Of a stretch of DNA of 64,000 bases, positions 19,059 through 28,078 are shown piece by piece. This stretch comes from Candidatus Methanomethylicia archaeon (GTDB lineage Archaea; Thermoproteota; Methanomethylicia; Nezhaarchaeales; B40-G2). Every line of letters begins with the position of its first letter. Positions within the stretch are counted from its first letter, which is position 1. The notes beneath the pieces are model-generated. The model was not told the DNA's origin, did no database searches, and worked only from the letters and a program-made list of their open reading frames with translations. The stretch covers positions 1-64,000 of the forward strand of contig JAPDJI010000009.1 of assembly GCA_029259155.1 (NCBI GenBank). The letters are read 5' to 3'. The translations under genes and the position numbers were made by a program.

Positions 19059-19721
19059 TTGAAACTGCTCAATAAGCTGTACTGTTATTTCTGGAGGGGA
19101 TGGGAAAACAACTGTAATGTTTACCTAATCGATGATGGACTTCGCGTCCTCATCGACCCTGGCCACAGAAAGTTCCTGAGCTGGCTACTTAGGTCTATGG
19201 AAGCTGACGGCTTTGAACCACGCGACATAGACTTAGTGATCAATACCCATAGCCATCCCGACCACTGTGAGGCCGACATAGATTTCGTGGATATGGCTCG
19301 AGCTAAAGTAACCATGCATAGGATCGAGGAAGAATACCTGAGAGGAGAGGGATCGCTGCTCTTCAAGATGATGGGCCTAGATCCAAGTCAGCTAACCGTC
19401 CACTTCCACTTAGCTGAGGAGCTTAAGCTTAACGATGTAAGGCTCCTAGTAATCCATACTCCTGGACACACGCCTGGAAGCGTGTGCTTTTATTGGCCTG
19501 AAGAGGAGGTCTTGATTAGTGGGGACTTAATCTTTGAAGGAGGAGTGGGAAGAGTAGATCTGCCCGGTGGTAACGGTGAACTGTTGAAGAAGAGTATTAG
19601 GAAGGTGTCTAAGCTTAAGATAAGGTACCTTCTTCCTGGTCATGGAGAGATGGTAGCTGGCAGAGAAGACGTGGAAGAGAATTTTAGGTTCGTGGAGAAG
19701 GTATACTTCGACTGGCTTTAA
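19059..19721 (+). CDS. Metallo-beta-lactamase fold hydrolase (glyoxalase II-like)
   Basis: THSHPDH, HTPGHTPGS, SGDLIF, PGHG. Confidence 0.92.
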   Translation: MKLLNKLYCYFWRGWENNCNVYLIDDGLRVLIDPGHRKFLSWLLRSMEADGFEPRDIDLVINTHSHPDHCEADIDFVDMARAKVTMHRIEEEYLRGEGSLLFKMMGLDPSQLTVHFHLAEELKLNDVRLLVIHTPGHTPGSVCFYWPEEEVLISGDLIFEGGVGRVDLPGGNGELLKKSIRKVSKLKIRYLLPGHGEMVAGREDVEENFRFVEKVYFDWL

Positions 19722-19736
19722 AAATATAGGTAAGGT

Positions 19737-19949
19737 TTAGAAAGTAAGGTCCTTTATCTTAATTGCTTTGTCGGGGCAGCGGAACCCGCATTCGTTGCAG
19801 TCTTCGCAGAGGAACTCGGTGACCACTATTTTCTTAGTATCACCTTCCTCCCTTAGCTGGATGGCGCTGCTGGGACAAGAATCTATGCAGATGGGCTTAT
19901 CGTAACCTCCGCAGAGCCTACATTTGGTTAGGTCTACTTCAGCTACCAC
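19737..19949 (-). CDS. 2x[4Fe-4S] ferredoxin
   Basis: CRLCG..PICIDSCP and CEDCNECGFRCP. Confidence 0.9.
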   Translation of the reverse strand: MVAEVDLTKCRLCGGYDKPICIDSCPSSAIQLREEGDTKKIVVTEFLCEDCNECGFRCPDKAIKIKDLTF

Positions 19950-19962
19950 AGCCCTTCACCCC

Positions 19963-20496
19963 TCACTCCTCGATGTAGAGTTTTCTTAGACATATGCCGT
20001 CGCCTTTCGGTATGGCCTTTAGGGTCACTAGCTTCACCTTGGTGTTGAAAAGCGCGTTTATGTCCTCTATCACCGTCTGGAACCATTTATCGCAGCCTAG
20101 AAGGTCCTCTTCCATGGGAGCCCCGTAGCGTCTAGCGAATTCAGGCCAAGGACAGCTGTCCCAGCGTACGTATACTTCGTTAGGCTTCTCTCCCTTTATT
20201 ACTTTGGCGTCCTCTCCCATGGCCTGGGAGCTCATTACTATTAGCTTAGCTATGTCCTCCACGAAGGTAGGCTTTGACTTGTCGAGCGCTGGGAAGTAGC
20301 TCTTAGCGGTGTCGTGGCCTACTATTTCCCATGCTTTCAACACTAGGTCTAGGGGCTTGACGCCTTCGCGTGCAAAGGCCATGGCTGCTTCACGCCACTC
20401 ATACCACGTGGCCCGAACGATGGAACATAAGGTCTCAAACCTTGCTAGCAGCTTCCTAAATTCGGCCTCAACATCTACCTTGGCCATTTCACCCAC
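19963..20496 (-). CDS. Conserved small protein, ATC-hydrolase/V4R-like fold, co-transcribed with the flavoenzyme
   Basis: SSQAMGEDA, CPW, GCDKWF, GDGICLR Cys pattern. Confidence 0.6.
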   Translation of the reverse strand: MGEMAKVDVEAEFRKLLARFETLCSIVRATWYEWREAAMAFAREGVKPLDLVLKAWEIVGHDTAKSYFPALDKSKPTFVEDIAKLIVMSSQAMGEDAKVIKGEKPNEVYVRWDSCPWPEFARRYGAPMEEDLLGCDKWFQTVIEDINALFNTKVKLVTLKAIPKGDGICLRKLYIEE

Positions 20497-20499
20497 CTC

Positions 20500-22488
20500 C
20501 TACAACCTCATTCCTACTCGATAACCGTCATGAATTGCGTTGTGCATTCTGCGAGGCACTAGTGCATCGCCGATCACGTAGACCTCGGAGCACACAGCCT
20601 TAGCGGCCTCAGCGAGCTCGCTGACGGATTCACGCTCAGCGTAGACCACCGTGTCTGCAGCTATGGGTAGCCGTAGGTTGTAAGGTATGATCTTGATTAT
20701 TACCTCGTTCTCACCGATCTCTTCGATTGTGCTGTTCCTGTAGACCTTCACTCCTAGCTGGCCTAGCTTCATTATGTATCTCCACACGTAGGATGGGTTT
20801 ACGTCCCTACCGACCCTTCTATCTCGTGATACTAATGTGACTTTCTTGCCCTTATTGGCTAGATACAGCGCTGTGACGACGCCAGGGCCTCTACCGCCCC
20901 ATACAACCACTTTCTCACCGGTCTCTACCTTGCCCTCTAGGACGTCAGGAGCAGCTACTACGTTTGGCCTATCGACACCGGGAACCTTCTCAACTGTGAA
21001 GCGTGCACCCGTAGCTATTACTACGGCATCAGGCATCTCCTCCTCTATTAGCTGAGGTGTCACCTCGACGCCTAGATGGAAGATTACGCCTGCCTTCTTA
21101 CACTGAGTGACTTGGAACTCTATCATGCCGTAGAGCTCGTCTTCACCGAAGGGACCTTTCGAAGCATACCATACCTGGCCGCCTAGTATGTCGCGTTTAT
21201 CGTAGAGGTGTACTTCATGTCCCTTCTGAGCGGCGGCTGCTGCACACTCAAGCCCGGCTGGCCCTCCGCCTATCACCATTACCTTCTTCTTGGTCTCTGC
21301 TGGCTTGATCTGCCATTCAGGGTCCCATTCATGTCCGCAGAGCGGGTTGGTGGCGCAGGTCATAGGAGCGTCTCTGAAGAGCCTAGCTAGACATAGGTTG
21401 CAGGCTATGCAAGGCCTGATATCTTCAAGCCTGCCCTCCAGCGCCTTCTTGGGTAGGAGTGGGTCAGCTATCATTGGCCTGCACATCTCCCAGATGTCTA
21501 TGATGCCTTCGGCGATCGCCTTATCAGCCATTGCTGGCTTAAAGAGCCTGTAAGCCATGGATATAGGTACCTTGATGCCCGCCTCCTTAGCTCTCTTGGC
21601 GTTGTAGAGCCAGTACCCTTGAGGCACGTCTCTTGTTATGACCGGTACGGTTGACTCCTGCCAGCCCTGCGTGACGCTTATGCAATCGATCCCCGCCTTC
21701 TCGGCCATCTTATAGGTGACCATGCACTCCTCAGGCGTATTTCCTCCAACGTCGTCTAGGAGCTCCTCGGCGCATAGCCTTATTATGAGTGGTATATCTG
21801 GGCCTACAGCGTCGCGCACTGCTTCTATGACCTCGACCATGAACCTGCACCTGCCCTCGATGTCGCCTCCGTACTCGTCCTTGCGCCTGTTGGTGTACTT
21901 TGAGAGGAAGTTGGAGATCAGGTACCCTACTATGCCTGAGATCTCTACTATGTCGAAGCCTGCTTCAACTCCTCTCCTAGCTGCCTCGGCGTGTTGTTTT
22001 ATACATAGCTTAATGTCGTCCTTGGTCATCTCCACGACAGGCCTGAAGATTCTTAGCCTCTGTGGAATGGCTGAGGGACCGACACAGTAGGGTATCTCTA
22101 CGCCACCTACTCTGCCGCAGTGCATGAGCTGGATGTTAGCAATGGCTCCCTCTTCATGGATGGCGTCGGCTATCCTCTTGAGGCCAGGTATGAACTTATC
22201 GTCCCAGGCAGCGGCTTGGCCAACGTAGCCTTGCCCCTCCTTCTTGGGGTCCATGTAGACGCCCTGCATCGTGCATATTCCGCCTACTACGCCCTTCGCC
22301 CTCTCCCTCATGTAGGCTACGTCCCTGTCGGTTATGAAGCCGTCGTGGGTGTTGAAGTTGTCCTCGGTGGCAGCGTACTTTATCCTGTTGGGTACTGTTA
22401 GCTTACCGACTTTTATGGGCTTGAAGAGGTTTGGGAACATCTTGTAGCCAGGGTATTGCGTGTAGTCCCACTTCCCCACTTCCGGCAT
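20500..22488 (-). CDS. Old Yellow Enzyme/2,4-dienoyl-CoA reductase family FMN/FeS/FAD enzyme (cyclohexa-1,5-dienecarbonyl-CoA oxidase-like)
   Basis: QLMHCGR, EISGIVGYLISNFLS, NRRKDEYGG, CIACNLC-x11-C FeS motif, IGGGPAG, IGDA. Confidence 0.85.
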   Translation of the reverse strand: MPEVGKWDYTQYPGYKMFPNLFKPIKVGKLTVPNRIKYAATEDNFNTHDGFITDRDVAYMRERAKGVVGGICTMQGVYMDPKKEGQGYVGQAAAWDDKFIPGLKRIADAIHEEGAIANIQLMHCGRVGGVEIPYCVGPSAIPQRLRIFRPVVEMTKDDIKLCIKQHAEAARRGVEAGFDIVEISGIVGYLISNFLSKYTNRRKDEYGGDIEGRCRFMVEVIEAVRDAVGPDIPLIIRLCAEELLDDVGGNTPEECMVTYKMAEKAGIDCISVTQGWQESTVPVITRDVPQGYWLYNAKRAKEAGIKVPISMAYRLFKPAMADKAIAEGIIDIWEMCRPMIADPLLPKKALEGRLEDIRPCIACNLCLARLFRDAPMTCATNPLCGHEWDPEWQIKPAETKKKVMVIGGGPAGLECAAAAAQKGHEVHLYDKRDILGGQVWYASKGPFGEDELYGMIEFQVTQCKKAGVIFHLGVEVTPQLIEEEMPDAVVIATGARFTVEKVPGVDRPNVVAAPDVLEGKVETGEKVVVWGGRGPGVVTALYLANKGKKVTLVSRDRRVGRDVNPSYVWRYIMKLGQLGVKVYRNSTIEEIGENEVIIKIIPYNLRLPIAADTVVYAERESVSELAEAAKAVCSEVYVIGDALVPRRMHNAIHDGYRVGMRL

Positions 22489-22646
22489 TAACCTCCCTCC
22501 GAGTGGAAACCCTTTGCCGTATAAGTTTTAAATAGTTTATCCTCCCTCCTATGAACGCGTATTTTAAACTCCCCCCGCAATCCATAAATATGGGGGGTTC
22601 CTTCCTACAAGCTCCAAGCTTTATTAGTTTCCGCGAGGTCCTAGAT

Positions 22647-24017
22647 ATGCCTGGCTCCGTACTTGTGATAGGTGGCGGGATAGCTGGAATTGAAGCCTCC
22701 CTAAACTTAGCTAATTACGGCTTGGAGGTATACCTTGTGGACGACACCCCCAGCATAGGGGGGTTAATGGCGAGGCTGGATAAAACCTTCCCCACCAACG
22801 ACTGCTCCATCTGCATTGAAGCTCCAAAGATGTACGAGGTACAGCGCCACCCCAACATTAAGCTCCTCACCTACACGGAGGTTAGGAGGGTGGATAAGGT
22901 CGATGGACGTTTCAGGGTGAGGCTTGTTAAGAAGCCTAGATTTATAGATGAAGAGAAATGTAAAGGATGCGGTAAATGCGTTGAAGTTTGTCCTGTAAGC
23001 GTACCTGATGAACTGGACTGGAAGGTTGGAGGCAAGAGGAAGCTAATCTACATACCTTTCCCGCAGGCCGTGCCTAACGTCTACGTCATAGACCCTAGGT
23101 GTAGGTACGGTAAGATGAGGGATAAAGGAGCTTGCGTAGGCGGTTGTATTGTTGATTGTAGTCAGTGCCGTGAATGCCCTATAGCGCTTTGCGTCAAGGC
23201 CTGTAAAGAGGAGGGGGCTGACGCTGTTATGTTGTGGCAGAGGGAGAAGTTGATGGACGTGGTTGTAGATAGCATCGTGGTTGCTACAGGGCTAGAACCC
23301 ATGGAGCCTCCTGTAGGCACCTTTGGATATGGCGTATACCCGAACGTTCTGACACACATTCAGTATGAGAGGATGATGAACGCTGGTGGACCGACCATGG
23401 GGGAGATCCTTAGACCTTCTGACGGCAAACACCCCTCAAGGATTGCTTGGATTCAATGCGTATGTAGCCGCGTAGACCCGAAGGTTAAGCCTGGTGTACC
23501 GTACTGTAGCAAAGTCTGTTGCATGGTGGCCACCAAGCAAGCCATCATAACTAAGGAGCACGACCCCTCAATTGATGCCTACATCCTTTACATGGACCTT
23601 AGGACTTACGGCAAAGGTTTCCACGAGTTCTACATGAAGGCTAAGTCCATGGGGGTTAACTACGTGAAGGCGAGGCCTGCAGAGATCTACGAAGACCCAG
23701 CCACTGGAATGTTAAAGCTAACCTACGAGAATGTAGATAAGGGTTCAGTTGAGGAGCTCGACGTAGACATAGTAGTTTTATGCACTGCACTTGTACCTAG
23801 TAGCCGCAACGCAAGGTTGGCTAAGGTTCTTAGGCTTGAACTCGACGAGTTTGGCTTCATTAAAGAGAGGGATCCAGTGAAGGCTCCTCTCGAAACTACG
23901 GTCGATGGAATATACGTGTGCGGCGGGGCCACCGGCCCCATTGATATTTCTGAGTCGGTGGCTCAAGCCGCCGCTGCTAGCATGAAGGCTGCTTTGAGGG
24001 CGGTGAAGGCAAAATGA
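22647..24017 (+). CDS. hdrA: HdrA-like flavoprotein lacking the N-terminal FeS domain (QmoA-like) with a Cys-rich inserted ferredoxin
   Basis: VIGGGIAG, LDKTFPTNDCSIC, CKGCGKCVEVCP, YCSKVCC, GPIDISES; ATG at 22647 after GAGGT preferred over track start 22551. Confidence 0.9.
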   Translation: MPGSVLVIGGGIAGIEASLNLANYGLEVYLVDDTPSIGGLMARLDKTFPTNDCSICIEAPKMYEVQRHPNIKLLTYTEVRRVDKVDGRFRVRLVKKPRFIDEEKCKGCGKCVEVCPVSVPDELDWKVGGKRKLIYIPFPQAVPNVYVIDPRCRYGKMRDKGACVGGCIVDCSQCRECPIALCVKACKEEGADAVMLWQREKLMDVVVDSIVVATGLEPMEPPVGTFGYGVYPNVLTHIQYERMMNAGGPTMGEILRPSDGKHPSRIAWIQCVCSRVDPKVKPGVPYCSKVCCMVATKQAIITKEHDPSIDAYILYMDLRTYGKGFHEFYMKAKSMGVNYVKARPAEIYEDPATGMLKLTYENVDKGSVEELDVDIVVLCTALVPSSRNARLAKVLRLELDEFGFIKERDPVKAPLETTVDGIYVCGGATGPIDISESVAQAAAASMKAALRAVKAK

Positions 24018-26086
24018 GCGAGGAAATTAGGATAGGAGTATTCGTCTGCGACTGCGGCACCAACATAGGGGGCGTGATCAACGTCCCGGAGGTAGTGGAG
24101 TACGCTAAGACACTTGATGGAGTGGTCTTTGCTGATGAAGGTAAATGGATATGCTCAGTAGACTACCTGAACAAGATCAAGGAGAGCATCGCTCAACATA
24201 AACTTAACCGCGTAGTAGTAGCTTGCTGTACGCCTAGGACTCATGAGCCCATCTTCAAGTCAACGCTAAAAGAAGCTGGCCTAAACCCCTACCTCCTCGA
24301 GTTCGTCAGTATAAGGGAGCAGAGCTCATGGGTTCACCGTAGCGATCCTGCAGCGGCGACGGAGAAGGCTAAGGAACTCGTCAGAATGGGAGTGGCTAAA
24401 GCGAGGCTGCTGGAGCCAGCTGAAGAGATACGCCTACCTGTGGGCAAGGAGGCGTTGGTGATAGGCGGCGGCGTCACAGGTATGTCAGCGGCGTTAGCGC
24501 TGGCAGGCCAGGGCTTCAAGGTATGGATCGTGGAGCGCAGCGATAAGGTAGGAGGATTACTTAATAAATTAACAAGGATTGCTCCACTCGACATAGACGC
24601 TGAAAGCTTCCTCCAAGGCATCATCGAGCGCGTAAAGGCTGAGCCAAACATAGAGGTGTTGTTAAACGCTGAAGTTGAGTCTATTGAGGGTTACGTGGGC
24701 TTCTTCAAGGTTAAAGTAAAGCAGGGCGAGAACGCTCGTGAGCTATCGGTATCAACTATCATAGCTGCCACCGGGATGAATGAGATCGACCCCACAGGGC
24801 TATGTGGCTACGGTAAAAGCCCTAAGGTGATCACGCAGCTACAACTCGAAGAAAAACTGAAGCGCGGTGACCTAGGCGGCGCTAAGAAGGTCGTGATGAT
24901 CAACTGCGTGGGTTCAAGAAACGAGCAGAGAGGATGTTGCAATATAGGCTGCCTGACGTCCATAAAGAACGCCAAGCATATCAAGGAGCTAGATCCTCAA
25001 GCCGAGGTCTTTATTCTCCATCGAGGCCTCAACTTGAAGGGGATGGACGAGGTCTATCTGAAGGACGCCATGGAGAAGTACAGAATAAAATTCATTAAGT
25101 ACCCTGACGACAGGCTACCCGAGGTCAGCGAGGAGAAGGGCGGCTTAACGGTCAAAGTGTTCGATTTATTGCTAGGCGAGGAGGTTAAGCTATCCGCCGA
25201 CCTGGTAGTGCTCACGGTAGCTCTTCAAGGAGATGAAAGCGTAGAGCGCCTGAAGGGGTTACTGAAGGTCTCGGTCAACCCTGAAGGCTTCTACCAGGAA
25301 GCCCACATCAAGCTTAGGCCCTTGGACTTCAGCACCGACGGCGTCTACCTATGCGGCGCTGCTAGGTCACCTAAGGGGGTTAGGGAGTCTATGGAGGAGG
25401 CCATGGGAGCAGCGATGAGGGCCTCCATACCCATGGCTAGGGGCTACGTGGAGAGCGAGGGCATAGTGGCCGTGGTCGACGAGGAGCAATGTGTAGGCTG
25501 CGGCCTCTGCACCAAGGTTTGCGCCTACAGCGCTATAAGATTGAAGGAGGTTGAAGGAGGGAAACGTAAGGCTGAAGTGATCAAGGCCATATGCAAGGGG
25601 TGCGGCACGTGTGCAGCTGAATGCCCAAAGGACGCCATTAACATCATACACTACACCGACCAACAGATCTTGGCTCAGGTAGAGGCGGCTCTAGCTGATA
25701 AGCCAAGCGAGAAGATAATAGCCTTCTGTTGCCATTGGTGCGCGCTCGGCGCCGTAGACGTGGCTGGTGTTAGCAGGTTCGAGTATCCTCCTAATATTAG
25801 AATTATAAGGGTCATGTGTTCGGGTAGAATAGATACGAGGTTTGTTGAAAGAGCCTTTGAGCTAGGAGCGGCCGGTGTATTGGTTGCTGGATGCGAGTTC
25901 CCTACATGCCACTATATATCAGGCAACTACAAGTGCAAGGAAAGAATAGAGAAGCTGAGGCCTAAGCTGGCTCAGAAAGGCTACGATCCAGAGAAGCTCT
26001 GGACGGTGTGGCTGTCGGCGGCTGATGGACCCAAGTTCGTGGCCACGGTGAAGAACATGGTGGAGAAGTTGGGCTTAAGGAGGTGA
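24014..26086 (+). CDS. hdrA: HdrA-MvhD fusion (QmoB/BamE-like)
   Basis: IGVFVCDCGTNI, ACCTPRTHE, GGGVTG, EAHIKLRP, two CxxCxxC ferredoxin motifs, then MvhD AFCCHWC...RVMCSGR...GC..CHY. Confidence 0.92.
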   Translation: MSEEIRIGVFVCDCGTNIGGVINVPEVVEYAKTLDGVVFADEGKWICSVDYLNKIKESIAQHKLNRVVVACCTPRTHEPIFKSTLKEAGLNPYLLEFVSIREQSSWVHRSDPAAATEKAKELVRMGVAKARLLEPAEEIRLPVGKEALVIGGGVTGMSAALALAGQGFKVWIVERSDKVGGLLNKLTRIAPLDIDAESFLQGIIERVKAEPNIEVLLNAEVESIEGYVGFFKVKVKQGENARELSVSTIIAATGMNEIDPTGLCGYGKSPKVITQLQLEEKLKRGDLGGAKKVVMINCVGSRNEQRGCCNIGCLTSIKNAKHIKELDPQAEVFILHRGLNLKGMDEVYLKDAMEKYRIKFIKYPDDRLPEVSEEKGGLTVKVFDLLLGEEVKLSADLVVLTVALQGDESVERLKGLLKVSVNPEGFYQEAHIKLRPLDFSTDGVYLCGAARSPKGVRESMEEAMGAAMRASIPMARGYVESEGIVAVVDEEQCVGCGLCTKVCAYSAIRLKEVEGGKRKAEVIKAICKGCGTCAAECPKDAINIIHYTDQQILAQVEAALADKPSEKIIAFCCHWCALGAVDVAGVSRFEYPPNIRIIRVMCSGRIDTRFVERAFELGAAGVLVAGCEFPTCHYISGNYKCKERIEKLRPKLAQKGYDPEKLWTVWLSAADGPKFVATVKNMVEKLGLRR

Positions 26087-26092
26087 GGCTAC

Positions 26093-27319
26093 ATGGATGA
26101 CGTGATTAGTAGCTTATCGGTATGTATGCAATGTGGAGCCTGTGTAGGTAGTTGCCCTGTAACAGGGCTCAACAACTTTAATGTTAGGAGACTAGCTAGG
26201 AGAGCATACTTTGGTTGGACAGGGCAGGATGTGTTAAAGAACGATGTGTGGCTATGCCTACTCTGCGCCCGATGCCACGAGAACTGTCCGCAGGGCATTA
26301 ACCTACCCGAGGTTATGGTTACGTTGAGGCAGCAGGCGGTGAAGGTTGGAGCGACTCCTAGAATGATCACTTTAATGAAGAGTAACCTCTCCAAGTACGG
26401 CAACCCTGTGGGCGTAGAGGCCAAGGAGCTCATAAGCCTGGTTAACGAAGTTAACTTACCCAAGAGCGGAGAGAGGTTATTCTACGCTGGCTTCTACCTG
26501 TTGGCGGACCATATAGAGTCTATGGTGAAATCGATGCTACGTGCAGGAGTAAAAGTCGATAAAGTGGCTACAGCCGCAGCCATACTTCAGCGTGTAGGCT
26601 TGGGAGGCTTACTTAAGGCAGCCATGAGAGGGGTGGGCCAGAGCTACCGTGAAACCCTAAAGAAGTACCTGTTGCTGCTACCCAAGTTAGGTGTGGAGGT
26701 CTCTTACTTATACGAGGAGGAGCCATGGGTAGGTGCAGAGCTACACACCTACGGTCTCCTCGACGAGTTCGCTGAGCACGCTAAGAGGGTCTCCTCTTTC
26801 CTAAAGGAGAGAGGTGTCAAGGAAATAATCACGCCTGATCCTATCTCAGCGATGGCCTTCAAGAAGCTCTACCCTGAGTTCGTCGATGGCTTTTCCGTGG
26901 AGGTTAAGACTTTCATAGAGGTGGTCGCTGAGAAGGCTTCCAAGGCCTCCTTGGAGCTAAAGAACCCCGTCGGAGCCAAGGCCGTCTTCCACGATCCCTG
27001 CATGCTGTCCCGCTACCTTAAGGTGATCGATGAACCAAGGGTCGCGCTGTCCTCCGTGCCCAGCTTAAACCTGGTGGAGCCCATAAGGAATAAGCAGTAC
27101 ACCGTGTGTTGCGGGGCAGGCGGCTTAGAGGTGATCAACCCCTCCTTGGCGAGGGAGGTATCTGTCAAATCCGTCCAGAACCTCCTATCAGCCAGCCCTG
27201 ACCTGGTAGTGTCAGCCTGTCCAATGTGCACCATGATGCTGAAGCTGGGCGTGGAGAAGCTGGGTGCCAAGGTGGAGGTCATAGACGTGGGCGACCTACT
27301 CTGGAACTCCATTGCTTAG
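26093..27319 (+). CDS. HdrD-like FeS oxidoreductase (2x[4Fe-4S], one degenerate and one intact CCG domain)
   Basis: CMQCGACVGSCP, CLLCARCHENCP; first CCG lacks Cys (YAGFY, EPWVG, TPDP); second intact (HDPC, CCGAGG, ACPMC). Confidence 0.85.
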   Translation: MDDVISSLSVCMQCGACVGSCPVTGLNNFNVRRLARRAYFGWTGQDVLKNDVWLCLLCARCHENCPQGINLPEVMVTLRQQAVKVGATPRMITLMKSNLSKYGNPVGVEAKELISLVNEVNLPKSGERLFYAGFYLLADHIESMVKSMLRAGVKVDKVATAAAILQRVGLGGLLKAAMRGVGQSYRETLKKYLLLLPKLGVEVSYLYEEEPWVGAELHTYGLLDEFAEHAKRVSSFLKERGVKEIITPDPISAMAFKKLYPEFVDGFSVEVKTFIEVVAEKASKASLELKNPVGAKAVFHDPCMLSRYLKVIDEPRVALSSVPSLNLVEPIRNKQYTVCCGAGGLEVINPSLAREVSVKSVQNLLSASPDLVVSACPMCTMMLKLGVEKLGAKVEVIDVGDLLWNSIA

Positions 27320-27337
27320 GTGTAGAGGGACTGAGCG

Positions 27338-28078
27338 TTGCAATGGATGACCGTTTTAACCGCGGTAGCCCACACAGCTCTTCTAATCTTTGTAATCGGT
27401 GTTATCTATAGGCTGGCTCGATGGTTCAGGGCGTCCTCGTCAACTAACTTCAGGGCTCAAGGCCTTAGCTTTGGTGAATGGGTTAAGGTAATCTCCAACG
27501 TAATCTTGGACCTAGTATTTATGAGGAAGGTTTTCAGGTCCGACGAGGTTTTCGGGACAGTGGTGTGGTTAATGCACATGGTGGTCCTGGTACTGCTAGT
27601 GGGTCATTTAAGAGCCTTCGGGGTATGGTCGGCTGAAGCGATAGGCGAGGGGCCTCGCTGGCTATTTCTAGGGCTGATTCCTACAGCCCTAGGCTGGCTT
27701 CTCTTCTTCCTCCTCCTCTTCCTCTTCGTTAGGAGAGTGAGGCTAACCCCAGCTAGAAGCATGCTAACCCTCGGTGACGTGGTGCTCTATGCGCTGCTGT
27801 TGTCAGGGGTGCTGTGCGGCAACTTAATGAGGCTACTACCTACTTCCCACGAGGCTTTTCAATGGCGGATCTTTCCATGGTTAACCCTTTCACTGGAACA
27901 CGCACCCAACCTGGCTGCTTTCTCGCTCCACGTAGTGCTACTTTCAGCCCTCCTCGCCTACCTACCCTTCAGCCCTCTAGTACACATCTTCTCAGGCATA
28001 GTATCCTCCATTCTCCACTACAAGTGGAGGCTTCAAGTGGCTAAGTACTCTCTTGGAGGCGTTAGCCTTGAAGAGTGA
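27338..28078 (+). CDS. Diheme cytochrome b membrane anchor (NarI/HdrE/DsrM family)
   Basis: About five TM helices; His pairs MH-x9-GH and LH-x17-VH (YLPFSPLVH). Confidence 0.85.
   Translation: MQWMTVLTAVAHTALLIFVIGVIYRLARWFRASSSTNFRAQGLSFGEWVKVISNVILDLVFMRKVFRSDEVFGTVVWLMHMVVLVLLVGHLRAFGVWSAEAIGEGPRWLFLGLIPTALGWLLFFLLLFLFVRRVRLTPARSMLTLGDVVLYALLLSGVLCGNLMRLLPTSHEAFQWRIFPWLTLSLEHAPNLAAFSLHVVLLSALLAYLPFSPLVHIFSGIVSSILHYKWRLQVAKYSLGGVSLEE

Noticed and set aside
22647-26086. Selenocysteine recoding in HdrA/MvhD
   Set aside because: No in-frame TGA; Cys at the positions that can be Sec
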